Source of the DNA: Nymphaea colorata
Taxonomy: Eukaryota
Assembly (NCBI RefSeq): GCF_008831285.2
Contig: NC_045138.2
Coordinates: forward strand, 21,142,001 to 21,206,000
Direction of reading: 5' to 3'
Length of the DNA stretch: 64,000 nt
This document shows, in pieces, positions 1-13,968 of the stretch. The notes under the pieces are model-generated. The model saw only the letters and a program-made list of their open reading frames with translations. It had not been told where the DNA came from and ran no database searches. The position numbers and the translations under genes are program-made. The stretch's first letter is position 1, and each line of letters begins with the position of its first letter.

Positions 1-1473
1 TTAGAAATTTTAGTTTAGTTTAAAATTTTCTATTTTAACCCCTGTAAAATTTTGAAACTATAATTTGGCCCCGGGAAAAAAAAAATTCTAGCTTCACCCA
101 TGTTCCCATGGGTATTACTTTTTTAAACTACACAATGTCTCAAACTAACGGTATAGCATAGGTCTTCCCAAGTCTGAAAGCATGCCGGGGCAAGAAGAAG
201 AGAGATGATTCATGCCCTTCTTTTGGCTGGTTCTACTTCTGCTTAACTCAAGATAATAGCATAAAAATGACTGCATTTTTTTTTTGGGGGTTGGGGGTTG
301 AGGGATTATACTGATATCTTATACAAATTTGAGAGCTTAACTATATTTTTTACACATTTTTGGAGTGGTATATTTTCTATTTCAAGAAAGCTAGTGGTTT
401 CTAGGAAAACTTTTTAACCTGCCCTCTATTTGCTTCCCCGTTTGCCATCAAGGACCTTTCTTCGACAAAAGTATACAAACAACATAACATATAATTTCAT
501 TGCAAATTCACACATACAAGTTATAAAGCTGCATTTTAGTTGTTCCTCGTTGACGTCGGAGTCATAACGATAAATGTGTCGCTATACCAACATAATAAAC
601 TGGAAGATTAGGAAAGAGAATGAGTTACTAATGAAGATAATAATGCCGAGTAGATTTGCTAATAAAACGACGGTTGGGCATGTCCTCCAGTGAAACGTAA
701 CTTGTATTGACGGATTCATCCGTCAGTAAAACTTTAACCTCCACCGACAACATGCTACCACCAGTGAAAATCCTTTATTTATTGACAGTGTGTTGAGCCC
801 GTCAGTAACGTGTAACTTTTGTCCGACGGATTGTTCAATACTCTCAGTAAAAATTATGTATTTCTAACGTTCTCCTCCTCCATGATAAAAACTTTGATTT
901 ACTGACAAAGTCCACATCCTGTCGGTAGAATCGAACTATTGCTGACGGTTTGTTTTTCTACCATCAATAATAAGTGGATTTTTTTGTAGTCTCCGATGAC
1001 CTGAAACTTATGATATATTTTTAAACTATTGAAATAATAATCAACCCTGCCTGCCGAATAGAATTCTTGACCACCTTGCTCTATTGTTTCCATTGTGTTG
1101 TCTCAACATTAAATGAAAAAAAATTATTCTAAGTTGTTAATATAAAAATAAGTACATTTTGTGAATCTGAGTAAGTAATTGCCCACACGTTGCCCACACC
1201 TGCCTCTATCCTAAGTAGAATAGACTTTGATTTCCTCCCCGAAAAGTAGCTACTAGCGTGGCTTGCATCAACTCCTTCCCCTTATGCTGGGTCTTGTCCT
1301 TAAAACCAGGCTATGGAGCCGAAGCACCATTCAACCCTAGTCTTCATAAACTCTCATTAGCCTTATGATTTGAGTTTATGAAAGATATTAAATCATATCT
1401 CCGAGTATCCTCTATTGAGGGTTAACCACGTAAAGTTTTAAACAACCGTGATGCATGCAAGATTGGATGGACT

Positions 1474-1707
1474 CACTGGCGGAGCCAGAAAAATTTAGGC
1501 TGAAGGGCACTCATTGATCTCTAACTTAGCAGAATAAGTGATTGTTGACTCAAGTCCTGTGTGAGCATCACATGGAGCTGGATCTATCTCAACCTACTTC
1601 ATGGAGCTAGACCTATCTGAACCTAGGTCCAGCTTAATCACAATGCAAAATTTCAGAGGCTGGCGTGGGCAGTCGCCCACACCAGTCTCACAATAGCTCC
1701 GCTACTG
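1474..1707. mobile_element. Non-autonomous hAT-type MITE (234 bp)
   Basis: TIRs CACTGGCGGAGC / GCTCCGCTACTG. Perfect 8-bp TSD GATGGACT at 1466-1473 and 1708-1715. Contains an internal ~27-bp direct repeat (CATGGAGCT...ACCTA). Confidence 0.85.
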
Positions 1708-2644
1708 GATGGACTCATGCTTGTGAAAGCAAATCAGCTTATAGGTTGTGTTTCCTATGACTTCTAGGACTTTATAAGAGACACAAAATCTAGGAAGAAG
1801 CTTGGAATAAACTGATTGAAAAGAGTTCATAATCAAATCCCTCGACATCAACAAATCTATTTTGCCTTATATTTTTGTTAAAATTGGGCTGTATTCTATG
1901 CTTTTCATAATCAAAATGTGTTCTTTCATATCGTTAGTATTTCATCATTCTCTCTTATTTTCTTGTTCACTATGGATTAATATTATATGGCCGCTCTTTA
2001 TTTGTTGTTGTGGTAGTTGGGTGACATTCATAAACTGCTGCAAAAGGTGCAATGCCTAATGATCGCCTGTCATGTAAATAAACTCACTGAGGAAAGGAAA
2101 TATAATAATATATTCTATCTTCCCCACTTGTTCATGGAAGGATTTAACGATTGAAGTGATAGTTTGGATCCGAATACATCTGGAAACAATAGTACGGATC
2201 CGAACGAATAAAAAAGTAGTAGTTTGGATCGGAATGGATGTGAAAGTGGGAATTTGGATACAAATTTAATAGTCTGGATCTGAAATGGGTCCAAAAGTGA
2301 TATCTTGGATCTGAAATTAATAATTTTGATCCGAGATGGATCTAGAAATGAGATTTTGGAAATGATTTGGATATGGATCAGGTATAAGGTACAGACCTGA
2401 TCTAAATTGGGTCTGGCGCTAGGAATAAGATAAATAATTGGATTGGATCGGCATTTTGAAATCGAGGCTTGACTTGAAATCCATGATTTGAGTGAGTGGT
2501 AAAAGGGTAACATATAGTTTGGTTGTGAGCAGAATGGAGATTTTGCAAAAGTAAAATTTGGGGTGTACACAACATCCCCAACATTACAGCTGAAAGTTAT
2601 GCACAAAATAGGAAATGAAAATGAAGAATTAATCTTGAGACAGA

Positions 2645-3102
2645 TAGGGATGTGAACAGATCATATTCGAAAAAGATATTTCCTTAACCGTATCCACTTT
2701 TTTGAATATTTACATATTCATATTTGAATTCAGATTCGAATACCAACAACGAAAAGTTATATATGAATTCGAATCTGAAATCGTATTTGACAATCCATAA
2801 CCAAATTTCACATTTATATCCGAATCTAAATCAAAATTTTGAACTGAATTTGGCCTATTTTCAAAATGCAAGAGAATTAGACGTGATATTTGTTTAAAAA
2901 TAATTCCAATCCGAATCTATATCAGAATTTGATCGGATATTTACATATATCCAAAACCGAATCCAAATCCTACCATATGTCATTTCTTAAATCCAAATCC
3001 GATCCAATTTCTTAACCGGATATTAATTTTCTTTCCATATTTGTTTTTCTCGAAACTGTTTGGTTAGATATCATATCCAAATCCGACATACTGACATCCC
3101 TA
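2645..3102. mobile_element. Degenerate MITE with TAGGGATGT/ACATCCCTA ends and (A)ATCCG/CGGAT-rich interior
   Basis: 9-bp terminal inverted repeat and many ATCCGA/TCGGAT-like motifs. TSD only 5/8 matching. Same family as 26751-27143; similar relics near 2140-2580, 3600-3940, 13047-13510 and 17446-17670. Confidence 0.6.
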
Positions 3103-4073
3103 GATAGAAAGCTACCTCATGCTTGGTACTTAGTTGGTCATTTAATCACTTCCTAGAGAAGCAAATACTTTTTAGCATTTGACGGTACACAGACTATTAG
3201 ACCTCTGGATTATATCCAACCTAGCAGAAGTGGGTAGACTTGGAGCTAACTTATTTATGTGTATAAGTATGTGTGTGTGTGCTAACTTATGAGAGATATG
3301 AGTAAAACCAGTTTCATATTGAAATTGGATTTTCTAGTTTCTTTCCTTATCTAGGATCTATCAATCCTAGAAAGAGAGGATAATTATGAAAAAAAATGGA
3401 AGAAAAGAAGAGTGAGAAAATGAATATGTGAAAGAGTGAGAGGAAATAATTTGAAAAAATGAGTTGCAAGATGACGTTAGTTTTAAGATGTGCTCATGTG
3501 CTTCACTCTAAGAAACAGTTATTTCACTAAATATTATGGCATAAATAAACAAGAGCAGCTGTAATTTAGTAATTATCCTGGGATTAACAAGTGCCATCCA
3601 TTAGTCAGATTCGGTTTTAAATTAGTATATATTGGATTTGAATTCGGATGTGCGTTCAAATTAGTTTGAAATAAATATCCAATATTAAGTTCGGATTGTA
3701 ATTAATATATAATAATACTGTGATTCAGATTTGGTTGCATATTTAAAAGTGAGACCCAGTTTCAGACGTTGTATATTTAAACATCATATTCTGATTTCAG
3801 ATTTAAAGTCAGATAATGGATATGGTAGAGATTTTTCTCCATTTTTATTGGAATCCAAATTCAAATCAGGATGAGTGAAACATGCGATGAATTACACATG
3901 GTAAATCGTACATCTGATTTAAATCCGATCGGTTAACGTCTCTCCTTACCACAACAAATGAATTGATTAAAGCTTTTTTGTTGGACCGCAAATTACATTT
4001 TACCAATCTAACAGATGGATTTGGATAAGAAATGTAGGGGCACATAAGATTTGAGACACAATTATCAATCTCT

Positions 4074-4193
<120 letters not shown>

Positions 4194-5638
4194 TTCTTTT
4201 CTTCTTCATTGAAAGCAGTCGATATGGAAGTACCCCTCGGGGTGGAGCTAAGGTTTTTCCCTGAAGGGAGCCTTTCTAGAATTTCCAAACTTTCACTGGG
4301 GCCTAGTGATCAATTTTATAGATTTTATATGGCAAAAACCCAAATTCAGACTTGACTTTCTAAAACCAAGTACTCGCCTCAGAATGTTAAATCAAACTTT
4401 ACATATAAGCGGGATCACATTATTATTGTGTCTCATATTCAAGTGGGTCACTTACATGCTATATTGAGTTTCATTAATATTAAGGCCCATTTTTTTAATA
4501 TGGATCCACTTTTTGGATATACACACAAACTGATCTTAGCAGAGAACCGAGGACGCCATCCTTCAATCCCCCCTAGTATGTAATCCGATCTTGCTGACCC
4601 GTTAATTAACATCCGGATATGTGTTCGTGTAGCATAATGTTTTTAAAGGAAGTAAAACCAGATCTCCATGTATTTGGACTGAGGAAATGTATAAATCCTA
4701 TCGACGACTATCATCATTCGTCAAGTGAGATCAGATTGGTGAGATCTAGAAAGTGGGAGATGAAAACCATGCAATTATATCGAATTTATAGAATGCCTGA
4801 ACCGCTCCTTATCTTAATAATAGATGATGAAAAAAGACGTGGGTAGTCCCAACATGCTACAAATTTGAAGACAAAAATCTTCTGCGTATGAAATGTCATG
4901 GACGATAGTCCACGAACTTTTTCTCAGTTAAGAGAACCTAACTTCGCTAGTGCTTCAAAACCATGTGAGGACAGTAGCATGTAGAGGTTTCGCTCTGTCT
5001 GCGGATTCTAAATTTGCATCTTATGCACTTCTACATTGTTCTTTTAATGCCTACACAAGAATCTCATGTCAGTGATACTATACTCGATGTTTTCGTCTAT
5101 GCTACCGCTCTTTTTATTCCTGAAACGATTTGTTTACACTCATTTTCCTGATCTTCTTATACGGCTAGTTTCTTCCAAATATATGTCAAAGACAAAGCGA
5201 ACCCTCCAAATAGCTTTTGTTGTTTTGAAAATTGAAAATTTCGCTGTTTGTTCTTCATTAATATGTACAACATACTTTAACTTTTCCTATTAGCTGGTTA
5301 ATTTTATTCTACCAACATTGTTTTGTCCATGATCTCACGTGCATATTGAGCCGCTCATAAAATCTCTCTCTCTCAAGGAACCTCTTCGAGGACACCACCA
5401 GCTAATGCTTGCCTGGTAGAGGAAACAGGTGAGCGCCAATGACCATATCTTAGGAGGACGAACACCATGAGAAAGCTCAAATTGCTTCATCATAATAACT
5501 CGCCACAGTCCCTAACTACTTACAGAATGACCTCTTACTTAGAGGGAAGTCTTATTTCTTATACATGTATTGAGGCCTCTGGAACGTGTAATGGAAACGG
5601 AGACCTACTTGGTCGTGACTGTGATCCTCTTTCTCGAG

Positions 5639-8600
5639 TCAGACATTAATGTTTTCCTCTTCGTTTACAATGAAAAGTTTGTCTTCATCCCTGATCACAT
5701 CAATAGCCTCTATCTCAGAACCTTCTATATCAACCACCTTCGCATGTGTGACGTCCATACCCAGCTTCTGTCCTGTTAATTCACAAACCAAAGCAAGGAA
5801 AATAAAATGGTGAACTGAAAAATAAAATATATAGAGGCAGACATACGTAATGTTGCAAGAATGAGACGCTATGAGAATGTTCAGCTTGGTGGCATGAAAA
5901 TCTGATGGAGCCTATGGAGATTAGCACAAGAATAAATGAGGAAGGAGGATTTAGGTGGGCGTTTTAAATATAGGATATATACTATTCTGGACCGAACATG
6001 ACACACAAGCTCATTTGTGATCGATCACCAACGCCATGAGTTCCTTTCAATACTGTTACTCTAGTTTCTGGGTGCAGGTGACTGTGAGTGTGGGTAGTGT
6101 TGGTACTTCGAAAAAAAGCTGAGGTACCATATATATAGGAACATAAAATTGTCGATAAGATGTGTGATCATTAAATTTGGTGGGTCGAAGAAATATCCAA
6201 ACCAGCACCAGAAGCAGGTGAAAATGGGGATGCAACCTCCTTAAAGAATTCAAGGTACCGATTCGGTAAGAAAGTTCCTGTATTACAATTTCCAAGGCCC
6301 CTACATTTGCTCAGCCCATGACATGTATATCAATATAAACTAACAAACAAATCTACATTAGCGTACTCTTGGTCAAGTGACAGTACCATGCTAGCTGCAA
6401 TCTGTGGTTATTCCATAGCTTGATCATGAAAAGTAAAAAACTAAAAAGATCAAAGTGAACTATTACTAGGCATTCTATTGGTAATAGGGACAAAGTGACA
6501 TTTTCATGTTCAAAAGATTTTGGCCACTTTTTGGGCCCTAGCTTAACAAACAGTTGCTAAGATAGTTTATTACTTTTGAGAACCCCATCTCCCCCCAGAT
6601 CACTAGAAAAGCCTGCCTCATATTTGAATGATTGCAGAAAGACGTGCAGGCAACATGTCAAGCTTACAATCTCCTTCAACTTAAACATCTTAAACTGGTT
6701 TACCTAGACAGGTGAATGCAGCCCTTATGGACCTCCTTTACTACAACCTTCTTTTCAGTAAGCCATGCCTGCATTATAGCATTTGGGAGAATGAGGCCTA
6801 TGGATGTGTAGTTTGAAGTCACATTCAAGAAAAACCTCCATATGGTGGTGCTATGGTCAATATGTTTAACCTTTGTCACATGGGCAGTCCATTCTCTTAC
6901 TCATATACTGTATTTCCTTATATATTTACTATTCTACAGAACTTCAAAGAAAAATGTGGCTGCATATCCATGTTACGACTTGATGAAGAAAAGAACAGGA
7001 CGACTGAAGGTAGTGATGAGTGCATTTCAGAGAAGACAAAATTACCTGCAATTTCCACAAGATCGTTCATACTGGCAGGCAGAGAGATCAATTTCCCACC
7101 TCTCAGAGAGCACCCTCTTACACCAGGAGGATTTCCCTTGTAAATGTGCACTCTAGGCAACGCCAAATACTTTCTTCTCATTTCCTTGAAAGCTTCAAAT
7201 GCTAACTCTCCGTGGTCACTAACTTCCCCTCTTTCTTTCTTTTCCTCATAATCACCACATGATTTCTGCCAGGCTCTTCCATGAAATTGGCTTGTGTTGC
7301 TGAGAATTGCACCATTTGAGACCAAAAAATCTACCAAATCTGCATTGCCTTCTTTGATGGCGACTTGCAGTGCAGTTAAGCCATTCTGATCTTTTGAATT
7401 AATTTCAACTCCATGATTTAGCAGCTCTTGTAAGATAAACCGGTCATTCCTTGTGACAGCAAGTGTGAGAAGATCGCCATCAATACATTGATCTGAGGCT
7501 GAGGCATAGCAATAGAGAAGCCTGAAGATACTGTTGTTCCTCGAAGAGATTGAATTCCAAAATGGAGTATTCCCATTCAAATCTGCTAGTTTTCTTTAAT
7601 ATGAGTAAGTCAAGAAAATTTTTGGGGGACGAGCAGTTATACTGTACCTTTCATGTTCATGTTGCAGCCATGCTTGAGCAGAGCCATGACACAGTCTTCA
7701 TAACCCTTTGCCGTTGCAACATGCTAGGATATCAAAAAAATACTGACGAATTAAGTGCATGAATAATCAAAGCAGTGGAAGGAAGACCATGCAACAGACT
7801 TGACGCTGGTGGTTGTGCATTTTAGGAATTCATTCTGGAAATTGAACCACATTTTTGTGTCCTAGTGCAGTATTCACTTGTTATCAATTAGTCAATAATG
7901 ATTTCTCCAAATGAAGTTAACGCGGAAGGTCAAATATCTAGCACTTTGCCACGAAGAAGCATTAAGATCACTACCTGTGTTGAACAGCAGCACAAGAACA
8001 ATAAACTGTTCCTAACCTATCTGGCAGCAATCCCATATCACACAAATTTCAGTTGACTTTGCCAGGTTAGCTATTTCAACTAAATTCTCAACAGTTCCAA
8101 TCCAATTATACAAGGTTCTTTGGTCAATAAGCACCCTGCTTGTAGAAGTTGTTGAATAAGACCAAATGCAAGACCGAAATGTTATCCCAGTGAACTATGT
8201 GTGTGCATGTTTAAATTTTCATTTTAGGACGCCAATCTAAATTCTAAACCACATTTTACCATCTATAGAAAAAGACCAAATGCAAGACCGAAATGTTATC
8301 CCAGTGAACTATGTGTTTGCATGTTTAAATTTTCATTTCAGGACTCTAATCTAAATTCCAAACCACATTTTAATATCTATAGAAAAAGAAATGTTCGTAT
8401 ATCTAATTAAGCTCACCAAATTCACAAGCATACCAGTGGAGTTCTGCCTTTTGAGTCCCTAACATTAGGGTCCATTCCTGCTTTAAGAAGCTCCTCCAGG
8501 AGAATACTGTTTCCAGTGTTGACCACTGATACCAACTCACATGGAATCTTGAGAGTAAAATTTCTGCCAACATCTGTTGATTGCTCCTTGAAGGTTGCAT

Positions 8601-11451
8601 CTGTTGCTTCTTTCATGTGCTTCAATTAAACATTGGCAAAAAGAAAAGAAAAACATTCACATTGTTGTCCAAGAACTACATTTATGAATATACATCAATT
8701 TCTCAAACTATTTTGAAAGAGCAAGCACTGTTCGCAGAATTTATGCTAAAATTCCAAGTGTTATTAGTTCTACCTGAAGAAGGTTGTGTACTATGATCTT
8801 GTTATCCTCTGGTTGGTTGTAGATGGCATCCAAGAGAGCACTCTGTTTCAGTCTTAGTAACTGACACAATGTCTTCGTTCTAAATGTGAAAATTTGAGGC
8901 CTATTGCATAACACGCTAACTTCGCCAAATATGTCTCCTGCTACTAAGATGCTTATTATCTGTTCGACTTCTGCCGTTTTAGCAATCTTTTCGATCTCAC
9001 CTGTCACTACTATATAAACATCATCTGGAGCACCATTTTGCATGATCACTTCCTCCTTAGGAGGCAAATATTCCACTTTCATCTCTGTAACCTTATGCAA
9101 CCATACAAAAATATCAAAAGGAGCCTACAATATCCTTTAATTATTCAAAACAGTCATTTATTAATGAAGACACTTACCAGAAGCAATAGAAAGTCCTTCG
9201 AGACTCCCTTGAAGAGATAGGCCTGTTCCACAATTGGGAGGAAAAGATGTTGGCATATGCTTTTACAGATTGATTTAGGAATTTGCTCCATTATATTTTG
9301 ATGGTTCAAGCTTTCTGCTTTAAATCTGAGGCACATATATGAAATTATTTGCTCCTTCAGCCTTCGTGGAATGTGGTTCCTAGATACAAAATCTGAAGCT
9401 TCTTGTATGCTATTTCTCTGCATGCACCAAAAGGAACCAATAAGTGATAGAATTTGCACGCTGTCAAGCTTCCTGTATTTTTGAGAAAAAAGAAGAGCTA
9501 CTTCATTATGCAGAAGGAAAGGATTCCTTTCTTTTTTCTATTATTTGCATTTTAAGAAATCACTAAACAAGGAGTGCAGTGCATGGAATCATCAACCAAA
9601 TATTCATGAATGCCTTACTGAACTATGTTGGGACTATGAACAATAGTTTACAGAAACTGAAAGAAATGAGAAACGATCAGCACATTCTTCCCTACTAGCA
9701 GTTCTAGGCTTACAAATTGCATTGTTCGACGAGTCCCTTCCACTATGAGATTGGTCATGTTGCCGATTATATAAGCAGTGAGCCCAAGATTGAAGAGCAT
9801 GTAGAAGATAATAAAGATCATTTCTAGAGCATTAACTGCATGCAGATCTCCATATCCCACGGTGGTCATGGTACTGATAGACCAGTAGATGGCTGAGATG
9901 TAACGAAACCAGATATTGGACTCTCTGAAATTGGGAATGACAGAACCAATCCATGTTCTTCCTTTATGAGGATACCTGTCTGCAAGCATGTAATACATAC
10001 AGCCTGAAAAATGAATGGACAACAATGTAACCTGCAACAAATTGAAGACTTCAATCAAACAAAAGGATGGCACAAAATCCATACAATACATGTGAAGGTG
10101 GGAGAAGATGTAACTTACAAAAACAAGTCTCACACATCTCGTCCAGAAATAACTGAACCGTATATCTTTCTCAATCCTGAAGAAAATGCAACTGAATCAG
10201 TAGGTCGCATAATGTGAATAGGAGTTCCCCTGCTTAATTAGAGATTCGATAAAATTTAGAAAAAACGATGAACGGCTGCTGGGGGTTAGGGCCCCCACCC
10301 TTTTTATACAACTGTCAACAAGATATGCACTCCCAAATCCCCGAAAAGGAATATCCACAGCTTAGGAATATCCACAGCTTGTAGAAAGTTAAAAAGCAGT
10401 CGATGAAACTATCTTTATGGGTACTAAAGATCTTCGAATCTAGAGAATCGCAGGTTAGAACTTATCGGACTGTTCTATTCTGTGTCTTCATCTAAACTGA
10501 AACGGAGCTATACTTCGCATTCTTCTTTACTCTCTTAGTCCCCAAGAAAGAAACGGAGCCTGTTCTAGTCCAACAATTTTAGTCCAGCCATACTTTTGTC
10601 ATATAAACGGCAATTTTGGTGACGTTCCTTATATTTAACACACAGGAGTAAGGAAAGGGTTAAAAAAACCTTGTGAAGAATTGCTTGACCCTTCTCAGAC
10701 GCCAGAGTCTCAAGATTCCCAGCACGCCACACCAAAGACAAGGCTTGCTGTCTGCACTAAACAGGTAGAAGAAGGCCTCATAGGGAATCGTAGAAGCTAC
10801 ATCCATGATCAACCATGACGATGAATACCTGGCAATGCGCCCATAAACCTCATGAAAAAAAGTAAAAGAAACCAAAAATTTTGCTTTGAAGCTCATATAG
10901 ACATATACCGACATGAGTAGCATAACAATGATTTCCAACAGACCTCAAAGCAATTTTCCTCAAGTCCTGAACTAAATTCTGAGTCTTGGGGTCAATATAA
11001 GCTAGAAAGAACGTCAGAGCTATATCGTTCCAAAAGAAGAGATCCACCACACTGTTAGCTATACAAAGACCCTTCTGTGGCTTGGACTTCAAGAAAGCAA
11101 TCATGAATGGGTATATCCATCCAGAATAAGCTACCAAGAACACCATCCATACCTCCCAACACCTGAAAAACACATATCTTGAACATATATACGAAACTGA
11201 TATTAACATATGCATGGAATTCTTGCCAAAACGTACTGTTACCTATATCTCGAATCAAGTGGGGAGACGATTAGTCTCCTGGGTTCTGTTAGAGATTGAG
11301 TGTAACTTGAAGACCCCAATGGTGGGAGGATGATTTTGGACAGATGGCGCCGGCTAAGTTTTCCACCATTATCCGGGTTAGGGCCCTTTTGGTTTTTTTC
11401 AAGATCCTTCATTTTGATCTTCAGTTTTTCTGCTTTTTCTACAGCGCTCAT
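5639..11451 (-). CDS. AKT2: Shaker-family K+ channel, AKT2/3 (weakly rectifying) type; 11 exons, ~817 aa
   Basis: Exons (GT-AG, frame-consistent, 2454 nt in total): 11451-11243, 11162-10944, 10828-10670, 10176-10119, 10031-9714, 9417-9178, 9091-8774, 8619-8434, 7723-7648, 7582-7046, 5772-5639. S4 [25 protein letters not shown] carries the AKT2-diagnostic Lys. Also present: pore [18 protein letters not shown], cNBD, ankyrin repeats ([17 protein letters not shown]) and the KHA tail ([11 protein letters not shown]). The start could instead be the ATG at 11412. Confidence 0.9.
8158..8388. repeat. Intronic tandem duplication, period 114 bp
   Basis: ACCAAATGCAAGACCGAAATGTTATCCCAGTGAAC... starts at both 8161 and 8275, with a few mismatches. 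Confidence 0.9.
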
Positions 11452-13930
11452 ATTTCTTAGGGATGACTTAATGACTGAAGATGTTACAGGGGAAATGCGC
11501 TACAGCAGAAATCTTGTCGTGGAGAGGAAAAGAAACTAGGATGAGTAGCAGGAAGAGTTCATGGGAGAAACGGTAAGATGGAAAACAAATGTCAGCCACA
11601 GCAGCTTAGACAGGAAGCTCCTTTTCTCTGAAATGCGCATGTCAGTGGTTACTGATATCCACAGAGTCGCTATTCGGGGTAATATGTGACTGTCAGTGCC
11701 ACCGAGTTGACGGACGTTGCAAAAGCTTCAGGTGCTTGAGACGCCAAAGTTCCGAAGTCATGAGATGCAAAGCAAGTTATGTTCAATGCAGCCTACGGAG
11801 AAGAAATATAACTAGCTGACTTGAGATTTGAGTCTACACGAAAGCGTCTTCGACTGGTAAATATGAAGCTAGTTATGAGAGATATGAATTTTGTGTCTTG
11901 AACTTTTGTGCGAAACTGTGAACTACTATTTATTTTTAGAACTAATTTTATGCGTGACACCTTATTAGCTATCTAAACAGTTCAGGTGTTCCATAAACTT
12001 TGTTAATGTGACCTTTAATAAATAAGATTTTATTACAAAACCCTTTTTAATTCAGTGTTCAGAGTTAGGCAGGTGCACTCTCTACGTCGAAAACTTATGG
12101 TAGTGTTTGAATCTCATAAAAAAGAAAAAAACCAGGCTACATCTTCCGTGATGACTTGTTATTAATGAGAAACAGCTTAAGAAGAAATTAATGAGAAGCA
12201 GCTTTTCCTGATGTTTTAAATTTAAAAGGGCACTTGTACATAACTAATTAAAAGATACTAATATATAAATAAAACACTTAAGGATTAATCTTTTTACCTT
12301 CTTCATCCAAAGAGACTTTTGATTTTTACTGTCCTCAAAAACTAGGATGATTGTGGAGGCTTTTCTTTGGACTATTGAAGCAAAAAAATACATGATACAT
12401 ACGGCTCATGACCTGTCAAATTTTGGACAAACATGCTACGTGGGTGTTACTGAGTGAACAATCGACCTGTTAAGCCCAAGTGGACAACCTCACTGCTACA
12501 CGCTTGTTGAAAAAGCCATTCAAAGGTGTAAGAAGACGTGCAATCATGCAAATCTCCTTTTGTTTTTATTTAGAATGTTTCTTTTTTATGGTCATGAGGT
12601 ACATTTTGAAAAAGTTAAATTGTGCTCGACGGTCCAGCGATATTTTAAAGTCGGTTTTACGAAATAATTTTAGAAAAAATATAACTTAAATGCGTTTCCC
12701 ATGAAAAACACATAGCACTAATAGCAGCAGGAATAAACCCTCTTTTGTTCACAATTACAATTAAGGGTAGAGTTTAAACTTTTTTTTATGGGATATTAAA
12801 TATATGGTTAACAAATTTTCAATTGATGCGAATCTTTAGAGCTGTCTCGTAATAATTGAACCCAGATTTTAATAATGAACAAGGTTTCAAAGAGTGAGCT
12901 CCGTGAAGTTCACGTATGCCCCCACAAAGCCCTCACCTGTCTCCTCTATTTGTGATTTATTTGGATTCAATGCTCGCAGTAAAACTTTAATGAACATCTC
13001 GACAGCCTTTCGGTTCTTGTTACAAATTTAAATTTCATGGCAAGCAAGGATGTCAAGGTATCATATTGAATTGGATGTACTTTTTACAATGTTCAGTATA
13101 CCATATACATGTATTCGGATTGAAATATGAATACGGAAAAGTTCATATTGTATTTGATCTAATTCTTAAAATCATAAATCAAATCTCACCTAAATTCAAC
13201 TTTTAGATTCACATCAGAATCCATATATAGATGACTTTGTAAATGCACAGTCAATGTTAACCTCATTGGTATGTTAATTAGTCACCACTAGCTTTCAATG
13301 TGCGTATATATTGGATATAAATATTTATTTAAAACTGACTTGAGCCCAAATTCAAGTTCCATCGGATATTTATTTAAAATCAAATCTAAATCTAAATCCA
13401 ATCTAATGCTATTTCTTAATTTCAAACCCCATTCCTGTGTCCTAATTGAATGTTCCTTTTTTCCATATCTGAATTTTCTTAAGTTATTTGGTCGGTTGAT
13501 CCATGGATGTTACATGTCATGCTTTTTTATTATATGACAAAAGATCTGCATCAAATGCATGGCTCGTGAAACTAAGGATCTTAGGACTGAGATCTACATT
13601 TGAGATGCTTTTTTTTGCTTTTTATATTGACAAAAGATATGATCTAAGATTAAAGTGGGAAGAGTCTGGTTCTGGATTTATAGATCTGAAATCCTGAAGA
13701 TTCTTATACTAGAGCAAGTAAAAAGCATAAATTCAAACTTGAGGGGGACTAATATGAAAACATTTATGTTCACGTACAGATTTTGGAAATTTAGGAGGAC
13801 CACATTCCCACTTGGCTTGAGTGTGGCTCAGCCAGCGGTACAAGCTAATTCACAAGGGTATGGGTTCAAGTATAAGTATGAATAAACCGCCACAAAAATC
13901 GCAACTTTAGAAAATGTGGGTATGAGATAC

Positions 13931-13968
<38 letters not shown>

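Noticed and set aside
2115..2606. 163-aa ORF with internal repeats
   Set aside because: Lies on a GGATC/GATCC-repeat MITE-like relic, starts at a non-ATG codon and shows no recognisable domain.
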